A program made the position numbers and the translations under genes. This document shows positions 19,858 to 29,194 of a stretch of DNA of 64,000 bases, in pieces. The DNA is from a virus: IMG/VR virus record IMGVR_UViG_3300028030_000001, positions 1 to 64,000 of that record; one strand, given 5' to 3'. Numbering within the stretch: position 1 is the stretch's first letter; each line of letters opens with the position of its first letter. The notes under the pieces were generated by a model, which did not search any database, was not told where the DNA came from, and saw only the letters and a program-made list of their open reading frames with translations.

Positions 19858-21182
19858 TGGCTGATTTTAGTGATGATTATAGTATAGTAGGAGCTTCGTC
19901 TGATAACTTCAACTGTGACAGTACAGGTGGTTGGGGTACTGGCGGTAATGCTACATCTCTTGCTACGAACTCGGACAGGGTTGAAGGGTCTTATTCGCTG
20001 GAATTGACAGCCTCTAATTCAGGGGATTCCTACTGGTATCATGATATATCGTCAGGATATAGGTTTAAAATAACGGAAAAAGATTTACACTTTTGGTTTA
20101 AATACGTTAAAGGTAAAGGGGCTAATTTTCTTGTCCAAAACAGCACAGCGGTTGTAGTTAGATTGTATTTTGGCGGTACTACTAAATACGCTGATTATAG
20201 ATGTACTTCTGAAGGAGATATAGAGCTTAAATTTGGTTGGCAGCTTTTGTCTTGTTCAGGTACTAATCTACGTGGAGGTTCTGTAGGTGGAGGGCATAAC
20301 GGCGGTTCAGACTACGATTTAGACATATATCGTATAGAACTACATTTGAATTTTGCAAACAAAAACGACACGCCTCTTGCTATGGATTGCTGGTTTGTAG
20401 GAACCAAAATTGTAGTAACTAACGGAACAACATCTTCACCTTGTACGCCTGAAGATATTGTTTCGTATTCTGACACAGATAGATCAGCTTTTCCTTTAGG
20501 GCTTGCTAAACTTAACGGCAAACTTTTCGATCTTAAATCAGGTCTTGATATAGGCAACGGTTCTGACGGGGCAGGAAATGAGGGAGTGTTCAAGATTACG
20601 TCAAGTTTCTTTCTTCTTAACCAGTTAAGTGAAGAGGTAAAGCACCATATAACGGTTAAAAATTATAGCCAGTTTCAGAGTGGTGAGATTGAAACTGGAT
20701 CAGACGATAGTTATTACGTGCGAGGGTGTAAGATTGTTTTACCGGCTTCAAGATACTCGGATTTTGTTGTCCAGAACGGTGGAACTTGTAAACTGTACGC
20801 TACCAAACTTTACAGATTCAGAAATATTTATTTAGGTGCTTTATCTGATACAGGTTCTACGTGTGAAATACATTCAGTAGATTTTGATTCAAATGAATGT
20901 GTGTATTTTAGGGCTAACACACTTAATATGTCTGATGTACATATTCACGACAATCCTGCCAATATCGTAAATAATGCCTGTACATTTTCAGTGACTCCTG
21001 ACAGCGTATCTACTGTAAAAATTTACAGGTGTCCGCACGGAGCATATTTTGATGCTAATGTGTCTGTATCAGACTTAACTATAACCGACACTACTAATTA
21101 TGATATAGGTATAAAAGATACATATACTGTACACATATTGAATAGTGTTTTCAATGCTAATAAACTTTTGAGGTTTACCTAA
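19857..21182 (+). CDS. fibre-like protein, paralog B
   Basis: TAATG-coupled; similar length and motifs to the preceding gene. Confidence 0.55.
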   Translation: MADFSDDYSIVGASSDNFNCDSTGGWGTGGNATSLATNSDRVEGSYSLELTASNSGDSYWYHDISSGYRFKITEKDLHFWFKYVKGKGANFLVQNSTAVVVRLYFGGTTKYADYRCTSEGDIELKFGWQLLSCSGTNLRGGSVGGGHNGGSDYDLDIYRIELHLNFANKNDTPLAMDCWFVGTKIVVTNGTTSSPCTPEDIVSYSDTDRSAFPLGLAKLNGKLFDLKSGLDIGNGSDGAGNEGVFKITSSFFLLNQLSEEVKHHITVKNYSQFQSGEIETGSDDSYYVRGCKIVLPASRYSDFVVQNGGTCKLYATKLYRFRNIYLGALSDTGSTCEIHSVDFDSNECVYFRANTLNMSDVHIHDNPANIVNNACTFSVTPDSVSTVKIYRCPHGAYFDANVSVSDLTITDTTNYDIGIKDTYTVHILNSVFNANKLLRFT

Positions 21183-22018
21183 TGAATATAAAAGATGTTA
21201 CTTATGTAGGCTACAAGTCTATGGCTATATTGTGGGGTATCAGCAGTAATTACTGGGATATAGTTAAGGTATTCCGCAAACAAGCTGAGAGTAAACAGTC
21301 TGAATATGCTCCTGGGTCTACCGAAAATGTGCGGTGGGAAAAGATAAAAGATAGGTGGAATGATTTAGCTGTTCGTATTTCGTGGGAAATGAAATACTTA
21401 AACGGAAGTTATGGCGGTTACGGTCTTGGTGTGGAAAAGATGCTTTCACAACTATGGTCATATTTAGGCTATGACCACAAAGACTTACCAGCGTTTAGTT
21501 CATACAAACATTTGCCATTGTTGTTGCCTACAACTTTTAAAGTTGAGCCTCCCAATAATATAAGTAGTATAGAGCAACAACCTATTAGCAAAGAAGATAC
21601 TGAGTTAAGATCGCCAATACGCAACGAAAAAGAGTTTCAAGATCGGTATATCACACTGTTTAATGGTACAGTGTTTCGTATTTATACTAGTATTGGTCTT
21701 GGTATGTGGCTTAATAGTGTACTTGATAGAGACTCAGCAGATGACTATGCGTTAGATTTGTGGGACATAGTATTAGAAGGTTCCAGAAATTTTATGTATT
21801 ATAGTAGGTCTTGTTTGTCAGAATCGGAAGCTAGTAATGTACAGTATTTTGACGGTAAACAAACAGATACGCAAGAAAAAATGAGAATAAGAGCTAAATA
21901 CATAAGAAAACACGAAAATACTTTAACTGTCAATGGTGGAGTATACGCAATCAATAAAAGCAATATACCTGAACAATACATAAACAGTGTAAATACTTTA
22001 GACGATTTAAATGATTAA
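21182..22018 (+). CDS. hypothetical protein upstream of acyltransferase
   Basis: 278-aa coupled ORF with helical, aromatic composition unlike flanking fibre genes. Confidence 0.6.
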   Translation: MNIKDVTYVGYKSMAILWGISSNYWDIVKVFRKQAESKQSEYAPGSTENVRWEKIKDRWNDLAVRISWEMKYLNGSYGGYGLGVEKMLSQLWSYLGYDHKDLPAFSSYKHLPLLLPTTFKVEPPNNISSIEQQPISKEDTELRSPIRNEKEFQDRYITLFNGTVFRIYTSIGLGMWLNSVLDRDSADDYALDLWDIVLEGSRNFMYYSRSCLSESEASNVQYFDGKQTDTQEKMRIRAKYIRKHENTLTVNGGVYAINKSNIPEQYINSVNTLDDLND

Positions 22019-22784
22019 AGGAAGACCTGTTTTATACACATACTATGAGCCATACATTGCTCCTGAATTTGCTTTAAGCTACATAGATGTTCTTACAGAT
22101 ATTGTGGTGTCAAGTAAGGAGCAGTGTTTTTTGAAGTTTGATACTTTAGCACCTGCTGGCATAATGCTAGGTAAAGGTCAATCAATAAAGTGTCTAAACA
22201 CTGAAAAAATAAGAGAAGATAAAATAAGAGTAACAAGAAGGCAAACTGGAGGTACTGCTATATGGGCTAATCCGTTTGATATAAGTTATACTATATGTGT
22301 GCCTCAGAAATATATAGACACGAAAGACAGAAAACAAAGCGATATTTTTTTGTATTTTACTAGCATATTCGGTAAGGCCATAAACAGGTTAGGCATAAAA
22401 GCTAATCAATCGAATTGGTCAACACACAGTGAACGTAAGTGTCAATTTTGTTTTTGCAGTTTAGATAAAGGGGAATTAACTGTAAACGGTAAAAAGTTAT
22501 GTGGAGGAGCGTTTAAAGCCAACTCTCGTATATATATGCAACAAGGCTATACGCTTATTAACACTAATCAGGCTGATTTGATGAAATATTTTAACTACAC
22601 AGGTAAAGATATTGCTTGCGAAAACCTCAATAATTTACTAAAACAGTCTGTAAAAATAAAAATGTTTGTTGACTGTGTTATAGAAGAGTTCAGCAAGATT
22701 TTTGATGTAACAATTAAACACAGAACAACAGAAGAAACACACTTATCTATGCTTAATATAGATAGGTTCATTGTTCAGGTATAA
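22011..22784 (+). CDS. LipM/LplA-family (BPL/LplA/LipB) octanoyl/lipoyl transferase-like protein
   Basis: LGKGQS, RRQTGGTAIW, ISYTI, CFC...ELTVNGKKLCGGA and MQQG match the family motifs RRxTGGxAV and CF...ELxxxGxKxxGSA...QHG. Confidence 0.85.
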   Translation: MIKGRPVLYTYYEPYIAPEFALSYIDVLTDIVVSSKEQCFLKFDTLAPAGIMLGKGQSIKCLNTEKIREDKIRVTRRQTGGTAIWANPFDISYTICVPQKYIDTKDRKQSDIFLYFTSIFGKAINRLGIKANQSNWSTHSERKCQFCFCSLDKGELTVNGKKLCGGAFKANSRIYMQQGYTLINTNQADLMKYFNYTGKDIACENLNNLLKQSVKIKMFVDCVIEEFSKIFDVTIKHRTTEETHLSMLNIDRFIVQV

Positions 22785-22786
22785 CG

Positions 22787-23917
22787 ATGTCGAGCATACT
22801 TAACAGACGATGGACATGGAAGGTTAACGTACAGAGTGGCGGTAGTGGTGTAAGTAGTGCCAAGGTTGCTCTGTGGGATGCTGACTCGTCATTTTCCTCA
22901 AGCCTTACAAATTCTTCTGGCGATATAGCTGACCAATCCATTTACGAAGCTATATACACAATAACAGATACAAGCACTATAGCTGAGACACTAAAGACTC
23001 CACATACTGTAGCCTGCCTTAAATACGGCCTGTCACCTGTTACGCTCTCAATCAATTTTATAGCCGCAAGAAAAGACACATTCTATATGTCTACAGATTC
23101 GTTTATAACACAAACGGATCAGACCACGGTTGATGCCTATACCGGAATCAGTATAAGTCACAGCAACAAGACCATAACGTTATCAGAATCACATACGATT
23201 GAGGAACTTTACGATTACTGTCAGAGCGAAGCATACAATAATCCACAGAAAGATTATCCTGACAGCATATTTAAAACAGTTGACGGTATAACATACCAGT
23301 CCTATTACACTATAATACTAACTTCTGGCACATTTAATTGTAGCAATAAAACAATAAACTTTGTTTCTGGTGAAAAGTTAAAATGTCAAGGGGGTATACC
23401 AGATAACATAAGTATAGTAGGCGATGTTGAGTGGGGTACATCTACATCACTAAGTAATTTCACTTTAGACGGAATATTGCAGTTTAATGATCCTGTTACA
23501 TTAGATTTATACAACAGCAGCGTAGACACAGTAACAACTGAATCAGGAGAAACAGTTATTATAAATCTAAGCAAATCAACCATAAACACTAATAACGATC
23601 CTACTAATATAACTATAAACAATTTTGTTGCTTTGGTGTTCAAAGTCACAGATATGGACGGAAATAATGTGCCAAATGCGGCTGTGTATTTGAAAGCCGA
23701 TTCAGGAGGTGCTTTAGCACCTGGCACTCAAATAGTAAAAACAACTACAGACAGTAACGGGGAGCTTACTGTTAACTTTAACTACACATCTGACCAGCCA
23801 GTGATAGGCCACATAAGAAAAGCAACATCAAATCCGTATTACAAAACTTATACATTATCAGGCACAATAACCAGCAGTGGTTACAATGTTTCTGCTAAAA
23901 TGGTAAAGGACGAATAA
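22787..23917 (+). CDS. structural protein with carboxypeptidase-regulatory-like (Ig) domains
   Basis: FKVTDMDGNNVPNAAVYL...TTDSNG motif; Ser/Thr-rich. Confidence 0.55.
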   Translation: MSSILNRRWTWKVNVQSGGSGVSSAKVALWDADSSFSSSLTNSSGDIADQSIYEAIYTITDTSTIAETLKTPHTVACLKYGLSPVTLSINFIAARKDTFYMSTDSFITQTDQTTVDAYTGISISHSNKTITLSESHTIEELYDYCQSEAYNNPQKDYPDSIFKTVDGITYQSYYTIILTSGTFNCSNKTINFVSGEKLKCQGGIPDNISIVGDVEWGTSTSLSNFTLDGILQFNDPVTLDLYNSSVDTVTTESGETVIINLSKSTINTNNDPTNITINNFVALVFKVTDMDGNNVPNAAVYLKADSGGALAPGTQIVKTTTDSNGELTVNFNYTSDQPVIGHIRKATSNPYYKTYTLSGTITSSGYNVSAKMVKDE

Positions 23918-24114
23918 TGGACGATATTTCTAAGAAGAATTTTGTTACTATAGATGCTTGGCTCAAAAGAAACAACACCAGTATAAGCGAAGTATTAAGT
24001 AGATTAACAAAACTAGAAATTAAAGTGGCAGAACTTGAAACCGCTAATGCACAGTACAGAGAGCAAATAGCTATACTTAACGGGAGACTGTTTGGTGGAG
24101 GCCCTACAACATAA
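23917..24114 (+). CDS. small coiled-coil protein
   Basis: TAATG-coupled at both ends; heptad pattern. Confidence 0.55.
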   Translation: MDDISKKNFVTIDAWLKRNNTSISEVLSRLTKLEIKVAELETANAQYREQIAILNGRLFGGGPTT

Positions 24115-25256
24115 TGGCTATAACAGTAGAACCTGGCACATATATAATTCATGTACCTAAAGATGATCTTACCTTGGTTCAATCTGATCCTACAGAAATA
24201 CGTGAGATGGACCTTAACTGGTTCAGAATGCAGTTGCGTGATTGGGAAGATAGTGAGGCAGGTATAGTTGAACCTGTTACGCATAATCACAATACTGAAG
24301 TTGTGTTAGGTGGTATAACCTATGCTAGAGTTATCGAAATATTGCCTCCGTACACTATAACATTCGAAGACGGCCAATATGCGGTTAATCTGGTAGGGGC
24401 AAATAGCAATGTCGGAGACAGAGTAAATGTTAATCAAGTTTCAATTCGTTCCAGTAATTCGGCAGGGCTGATTTTTAGTGATCTGTTAGAGTACGCTTCC
24501 TTTAATGGTTATGTAACTTACGATGAAGTTAATGGTGTTTCTGGTACTTTGATGCCTACAGGTACAGAAAAACAACCTGTAAATAATATGAGAGATGCCA
24601 AACTAATAGCAGAATATAGGGGTTTGTTTAAAGGCTATATAAAAGGTGGTGGGATTACACTTGACGGTACAGAAGATGTAGCATCATTTGAATTTATTGG
24701 TGAAGGCGGAGACAGGACAATAATTACTGTGCTACCAGAAGCTAACGTATCTAATTGTGTGTTTAGAAAAGCTTTCGTTACAGGTACTTTGGATGGAAAA
24801 TCAAAGCTTGTTCAGTGTGCAATAGGCGATCTTTCTTATATTAACGGATATGTGTACGAGTGTTTCTTGGTAGGAGGCACTATTTCGTTAGGTGGTAATA
24901 GGGCTGCGGCGTTTCTTAACTGTTGGTCTGATAACTCTATGCCGGGAACACCTGTTATAGACTTAGGCGGGTCTGGACAGCCTTTGTCTATGCAAAATTT
25001 TGTAGGGGAAATAACTCTTACTAACAAAACAGGCCCCGATTATGTCATGATAACATTAAGTGAAGGTTGTGTGTACGTTGATACAGCTACAATGACTAAT
25101 GGTACGCTTGTTGTGGCCGGTACAGGTCGTGTTATAGACATAGTAACAGGCAAAGATTTAGTTTCTGGTATGTATGGTAATATGGAAGTACAGAATCACG
25201 TAATATCCCTATCAAATATAGCTGGTAGGGTGTGGTCACAAAACGAGGCCCCGTAA
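24114..25256 (+). CDS. structural protein, beta-helix-like
   Basis: 380-aa coupled ORF; GT...PVNN motif followed by beta-helix-like repeats. Confidence 0.55.
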   Translation: MAITVEPGTYIIHVPKDDLTLVQSDPTEIREMDLNWFRMQLRDWEDSEAGIVEPVTHNHNTEVVLGGITYARVIEILPPYTITFEDGQYAVNLVGANSNVGDRVNVNQVSIRSSNSAGLIFSDLLEYASFNGYVTYDEVNGVSGTLMPTGTEKQPVNNMRDAKLIAEYRGLFKGYIKGGGITLDGTEDVASFEFIGEGGDRTIITVLPEANVSNCVFRKAFVTGTLDGKSKLVQCAIGDLSYINGYVYECFLVGGTISLGGNRAAAFLNCWSDNSMPGTPVIDLGGSGQPLSMQNFVGEITLTNKTGPDYVMITLSEGCVYVDTATMTNGTLVVAGTGRVIDIVTGKDLVSGMYGNMEVQNHVISLSNIAGRVWSQNEAP

Positions 25257-25528
25257 TGGCTACAGCTTGGGAAATATTAACGTCCAAATCTTCGGCTCCT
25301 TCTGGGAGCACAGCTTGGGAACATCTCAACAGTATAACAGGTTCTGGGGGAGTTTTTATTTTGGCTGACGGTATTGATTTGCTACTAAATAACGATGTTT
25401 CAGTAGTGGATGTGTCTAATGAAGAAAAGTTGTCTGTTATACTGTCAGATAGCGATATTACAGTAACTGAAGATAACAGCAGAATAAGCATTAACAAAGA
25501 CTATGTTGTTGATATTGTTAAGGGGTAA
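25256..25528 (+). CDS. small structural protein
   Basis: TAATG-coupled start at 25256 (MATAWE...TAWEH). Confidence 0.5.
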   Translation: MATAWEILTSKSSAPSGSTAWEHLNSITGSGGVFILADGIDLLLNNDVSVVDVSNEEKLSVILSDSDITVTEDNSRISINKDYVVDIVKG

Positions 25529-25531
25529 TTT

Positions 25532-25888
25532 ATGGCAGCAGCAGCTTCTTTAACTATAGAATACATGCGTGGGGATAGTTACCCCAAATATTTCACAGTT
25601 ATAGACACTGACACTAAAGAGCCTGTTCCTTTAGATGGATATACTGTGGTTATGACTGTTGACGAAAATCCTGAACCTAAAGACTCGTCTAGTATGGTTT
25701 TTCAGATTGATGGCGTTGTTGTTCCTGACGAAGTTGGTAAATTCTATATACACCCTACAGAAAGCAACAACAATATAGCACCAAACACTTACTATTTCGA
25801 TTTTCAAATAATAAATAGTTCTTTAGGTATAAAAAGGACTATAGCTAAAGGTAAGTACAAAATTTATCAGGACATAAATAAGACTTAA
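25532..25888 (+). CDS. BppU N-terminal-like baseplate protein
   Basis: RGDS...PLDGYTV...YYFDFQI...TIAKGK pattern. Confidence 0.6.
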   Translation: MAAAASLTIEYMRGDSYPKYFTVIDTDTKEPVPLDGYTVVMTVDENPEPKDSSSMVFQIDGVVVPDEVGKFYIHPTESNNNIAPNTYYFDFQIINSSLGIKRTIAKGKYKIYQDINKT

Positions 25889-25892
25889 TGGT

Positions 25893-26222
25893 GTGGATAT
25901 ATTATTTGACAATAGTTTGTGGGTTTCTATGATTGAACCTGTTACTATTTGCTCTGCTCTGTCCATAGTAGCTAGTTTAGGCGATAGAAAAGGTTTAAAG
26001 AATAATATGGTGTGGTTTCTTCTATCAAACACCGTTTCCAGTGTTTGTATGGGTGTTTCTATACATATTATTGCGTATAGGTTTGATACTACACTATTTA
26101 ATGAGTATGAGTACGTTATGCTGATTGTGGCTGGTTTAGGCGGCGAACCGTTGCTTAGAAATATACAGAGTTTTCTTAGAAATATTAATGTTGTTGATTT
26201 ATTGAGGTGGTTACGGAAATGA
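25893..26222 (+). CDS. putative holin (LydA-like)
   Basis: About three hydrophobic segments, AGLGGEPLL, basic C-terminus, located at end of tail operon. Confidence 0.55.
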   Translation: MDILFDNSLWVSMIEPVTICSALSIVASLGDRKGLKNNMVWFLLSNTVSSVCMGVSIHIIAYRFDTTLFNEYEYVMLIVAGLGGEPLLRNIQSFLRNINVVDLLRWLRK

Positions 26223-26722
26223 GTAATTGCAGCTATCCTTGGCAGATTTCCGCTGTAGCTATGTTTATGATGTTGTTAACAGGTGTTATAGTGGTTTATG
26301 CCCCTGTATGGTTATACTGTGTGTTCATGATGTATATAGGGGCTGAGTATATGACATTGGCTGGAGGGTATCTGTTTTGGCTTAACAGACGTAAAGAGGA
26401 TTATTACGAAGAGACCAGTGTTCTGTATAGTATTGTTATAACTGATACACGTCTTATTCTGATGTGTTCGGTTATAGATATGTACAATTTGCTTGTTATA
26501 CAGCCTGAATTGTGTGTAAATTTTTCTAATTCTGTATTCATTTCCGTACTTATAGATAGACTGTTGTTGAGTGCCTTGGTTATACACGCTATACACGCTA
26601 TTCTTATGTATGAGCGTTTGTCCGGTGTAGAGTTCGGTCTGTACATGCCTTTGTGTAAGGCTATAAAGAAAATAATGACTCGTATAAGAGGTATTAAATA
26701 TGAAGATTGCCATACTGGATGA
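26219..26722 (+). CDS. multi-pass membrane protein
   Basis: ATGA-coupled start at 26219; about four hydrophobic segments. Confidence 0.55.
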   Translation: MSNCSYPWQISAVAMFMMLLTGVIVVYAPVWLYCVFMMYIGAEYMTLAGGYLFWLNRRKEDYYEETSVLYSIVITDTRLILMCSVIDMYNLLVIQPELCVNFSNSVFISVLIDRLLLSALVIHAIHAILMYERLSGVEFGLYMPLCKAIKKIMTRIRGIKYEDCHTG

Positions 26723-27224
26723 TGTTAAAGGTGTAAGAGATAGTATAAAAACTTATTTATTGCATCATACATTCAAAAAGAGTGAGGATATAAGAGTAGA
26801 TACTATATGTAGCTATTTCGATATAGAATCAAGTCAGCTTCTTGACTACGATCTTTTGATTATTGATGAAGCTATGGAAAAGGTGAATGGGAGCGAAATA
26901 GTGTCTCATTTATGGCACATGGTAGATAGAGACTATGACAAACTTCCGTGTATTGTATTTGTTACAGGTTTCTATAGAGGTGTGCTTGATGAAAGACTGC
27001 GTAAAACAGGTTTTGACAGAAATAAATTGAGGTATGATGTGCTTCAAAAACCGTTTAAGTTTATTGATCTTAAAAAGGTCATATATGAAATATGTCCTGA
27101 ATATGTGGCTTTTTATGCGGATGACGAACCTCTTACAGTTAAAGAGTGTGTCAAGAGCTTTATAGAAAACGTACTATTCGGGATATTGCCAATACCTACC
27201 AATTTAGGAGGAGTAGCACCATGA
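26700..27224 (+). CDS. stand-alone response-regulator receiver (CheY-like) protein
   Basis: MKIAILDD, LLIIDEAM (phosphoacceptor Asp), VNGSEI, FVTG and QKPF are all present. Confidence 0.85.
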   Translation: MKIAILDDVKGVRDSIKTYLLHHTFKKSEDIRVDTICSYFDIESSQLLDYDLLIIDEAMEKVNGSEIVSHLWHMVDRDYDKLPCIVFVTGFYRGVLDERLRKTGFDRNKLRYDVLQKPFKFIDLKKVIYEICPEYVAFYADDEPLTVKECVKSFIENVLFGILPIPTNLGGVAP

Positions 27225-27634
27225 GAAAGTTTATGTTCTTTATTCTGTTTATGTTCCTTGCAATACCTTGTTTCGGTGAACTGCTCACTGATTGTCCCGT
27301 AGACGGTAAGAGTCTTACTATCATTTATGACGGTGACTCTTACGAATCAGACGTAATAGACTGCTCTGAATCTTTTTATGGTCCAGGTTCGTGTAATATC
27401 GAATTAAGGTGGTGGAGGCATATCACAGGCAACACATACGAGATTGTCTACACGTCTTTTTACTGTAGTGAATCAAAAATAGCTATAGATTCGCTCGGAT
27501 GCTTTTATTCTGACGGTACGGTGATATGCCCTCTTACACGATCATCTGATATGATGACGTTTACGGTTGATGGTGTGGTTTATAAATATTCAAAAGATAT
27601 TCCTATGCTTCCTGTCACTGTAAGTAATCCATGA
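27221..27634 (+). CDS. secreted Cys-containing protein
   Basis: AGGAGG RBS, ATG at 27221, signal peptide MRKFMFFILFMFLAIPCFG. Confidence 0.6.
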   Translation: MRKFMFFILFMFLAIPCFGELLTDCPVDGKSLTIIYDGDSYESDVIDCSESFYGPGSCNIELRWWRHITGNTYEIVYTSFYCSESKIAIDSLGCFYSDGTVICPLTRSSDMMTFTVDGVVYKYSKDIPMLPVTVSNP

Positions 27635-27819
27635 ATCACACTGTACCCGAAAAACAGTTAGCATACGCTATACCTATCCATTACTTTCCTGTCACTGTAA
27701 CAAAAACACGAGTTAAGTTACGTTGCCCCTACTGTGATGAGATAATGACTGTTGATGTACCTGATAAGTACCCGTCACCGTTCAAGTGCAGTAATTGTAA
27801 CAAGGATTTGGTTTTATGA
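27631..27819 (+). CDS. zinc-ribbon protein
   Basis: CPYC...CSNC; ATGA-coupled. Confidence 0.6.
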   Translation: MNHTVPEKQLAYAIPIHYFPVTVTKTRVKLRCPYCDEIMTVDVPDKYPSPFKCSNCNKDLVL

Positions 27820-28025
27820 ACGATTTGGTTAGAGATTTAGTGTATAATTCTCCGTGCTATCAAGTACATCACAATATGTTGAACTGTGCCCAGATACTTG
27901 GATTTTTATGTGACAGGATAGAGTCAGGCAAATTTGCGTGTGACGGTAAAGACAAAAATATGTTAATTCGTTGTAAAGATTTACTTGAACAAGCAGTAAA
28001 TAGTTGTCCGGAGGTTTGTAAATGA
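27816..28025 (+). CDS. hypothetical protein
   Basis: ATGA-coupled at both ends. Confidence 0.5.
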   Translation: MNDLVRDLVYNSPCYQVHHNMLNCAQILGFLCDRIESGKFACDGKDKNMLIRCKDLLEQAVNSCPEVCK

Positions 28026-28150
28026 AACGTAAAGTAGAAGTACGAGGCCAGAAACACTACAGAACTTCTATAGGTAATTCTTCTCACTCACGTCCGCTCA
28101 ACAAACATAAGCGGCGTATGTTCAAGAAATATAAAGGCCAAGGAAGATGA
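28022..28150 (+). CDS. small basic phage protein (42 aa, not in ORF track)
   Basis: MKRKVEVRGQKHYRTSIGNSSHSRPLNKHKRRMFKKYKGQGR; GGAGG RBS; ATGA overlaps on both sides. Confidence 0.7.
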   Translation: MKRKVEVRGQKHYRTSIGNSSHSRPLNKHKRRMFKKYKGQGR

Positions 28151-28656
28151 GTTCATTCACTCGCCCACTCAAAACCGAAGTCTTATCTAAATCGAGACGG
28201 ATTTTACAACCGTTCCGATTCTGGTTAGGTAGAAAATACTGTACACCTTATGTTACAGTTCCGTATGGACTTGTGTTTGATGGGGCGTCTATACCTAAGT
28301 TTTTGTGGCCTGTAGTCGGTCATCCTTACGATTCTGATTTTGTTCAGGCAGCGGCAGTACATGACTACCTGTATCAGAACCTGGGTCGGGTTACGATTCC
28401 TATAGGGTTCTGTGACTATACGCCTACTATACTTTATGTAGGCATGTTCAAGACTAAGAAGCTGGTAGCTAACTGGCATATATCAGGATCGAAGCTTGTC
28501 ATACAGTACACTCGAAAAGGTTGCGATATGATTCTTTACCTTGGGTGTAAAGTGCTTCCATGCAGTAACTGGAAAGCTAATATAATATACGAGGGTGTCA
28601 GGTTAGGTGGCTGGCACGCTTGGAATAAATACAAAAGGAAGGTAAAAAATGACTAA
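28147..28656 (+). CDS. DUF1353 family protein
   Basis: VPYGLVFDGASIP...AAAVHDYLY...VRLGGW motifs. Confidence 0.85.
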   Translation: MSSFTRPLKTEVLSKSRRILQPFRFWLGRKYCTPYVTVPYGLVFDGASIPKFLWPVVGHPYDSDFVQAAAVHDYLYQNLGRVTIPIGFCDYTPTILYVGMFKTKKLVANWHISGSKLVIQYTRKGCDMILYLGCKVLPCSNWKANIIYEGVRLGGWHAWNKYKRKVKND

Positions 28657-29194
28657 ATCAATCCTTACTGTACTTGCTGCAATTTTTCTCTTTGTGTGTC
28701 TTTTTGCTTGTGCCCAGCTTCAGACTGTAAGTAAACCTGCGTACAATCTTGGGGCTATTTCAGCCTATACTTATGGTTTGTCTGAGAAGATAAAACTGGT
28801 TAAGGCTACTGTTGATGCACATCCTTACAGATTTACAAAAGACGAACTTAAAACACTTCATCAGGCATTTGAGTCTTGGGACTATATAGCGAAACGGCTC
28901 GAAGCATCTACAGCTACAGGTATAACTGCCGAAGAGTTACAGGCACTGTACCAGGTTGGTAAAGAGACATATATTAACTGTCGAAACATTGTAAAACCCA
29001 AGCTGGACGAAATGCCGATAGAGGACCAGATGACGTTTATAAGTCTTGATATGTATGCAAAGAGACTGGACCAGGCCGTTACCGAATTCAAATCTGATCC
29101 AAACTCAGACACAGCCATGAAAGTAGGTAAGTTTCTTCTTGAACTTGCGAACATTGCTCTTATTATTGCTCCGAAAGTGGCTGCTGTAATCTGA
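28649..29194 (+). CDS. lipoprotein, possible spanin
   Basis: Signal peptide with LFAC lipobox; hydrophobic C-terminus. Confidence 0.6.
   Translation: MTKSILTVLAAIFLFVCLFACAQLQTVSKPAYNLGAISAYTYGLSEKIKLVKATVDAHPYRFTKDELKTLHQAFESWDYIAKRLEASTATGITAEELQALYQVGKETYINCRNIVKPKLDEMPIEDQMTFISLDMYAKRLDQAVTEFKSDPNSDTAMKVGKFLLELANIALIIAPKVAAVI

Noticed and set aside
13289-25256. Diversity-generating retroelement or invertible shufflon acting on fibre genes
   Set aside because: No reverse transcriptase, recombinase or near-identical nucleotide repeat seen; the paralogs are similar only at protein level.
27609-27700. 15-bp direct repeat ttcctgtcactgtaa in adjacent genes
   Set aside because: Two copies only, both encoding PVTV, with no element between them; chance or a trivial duplication.
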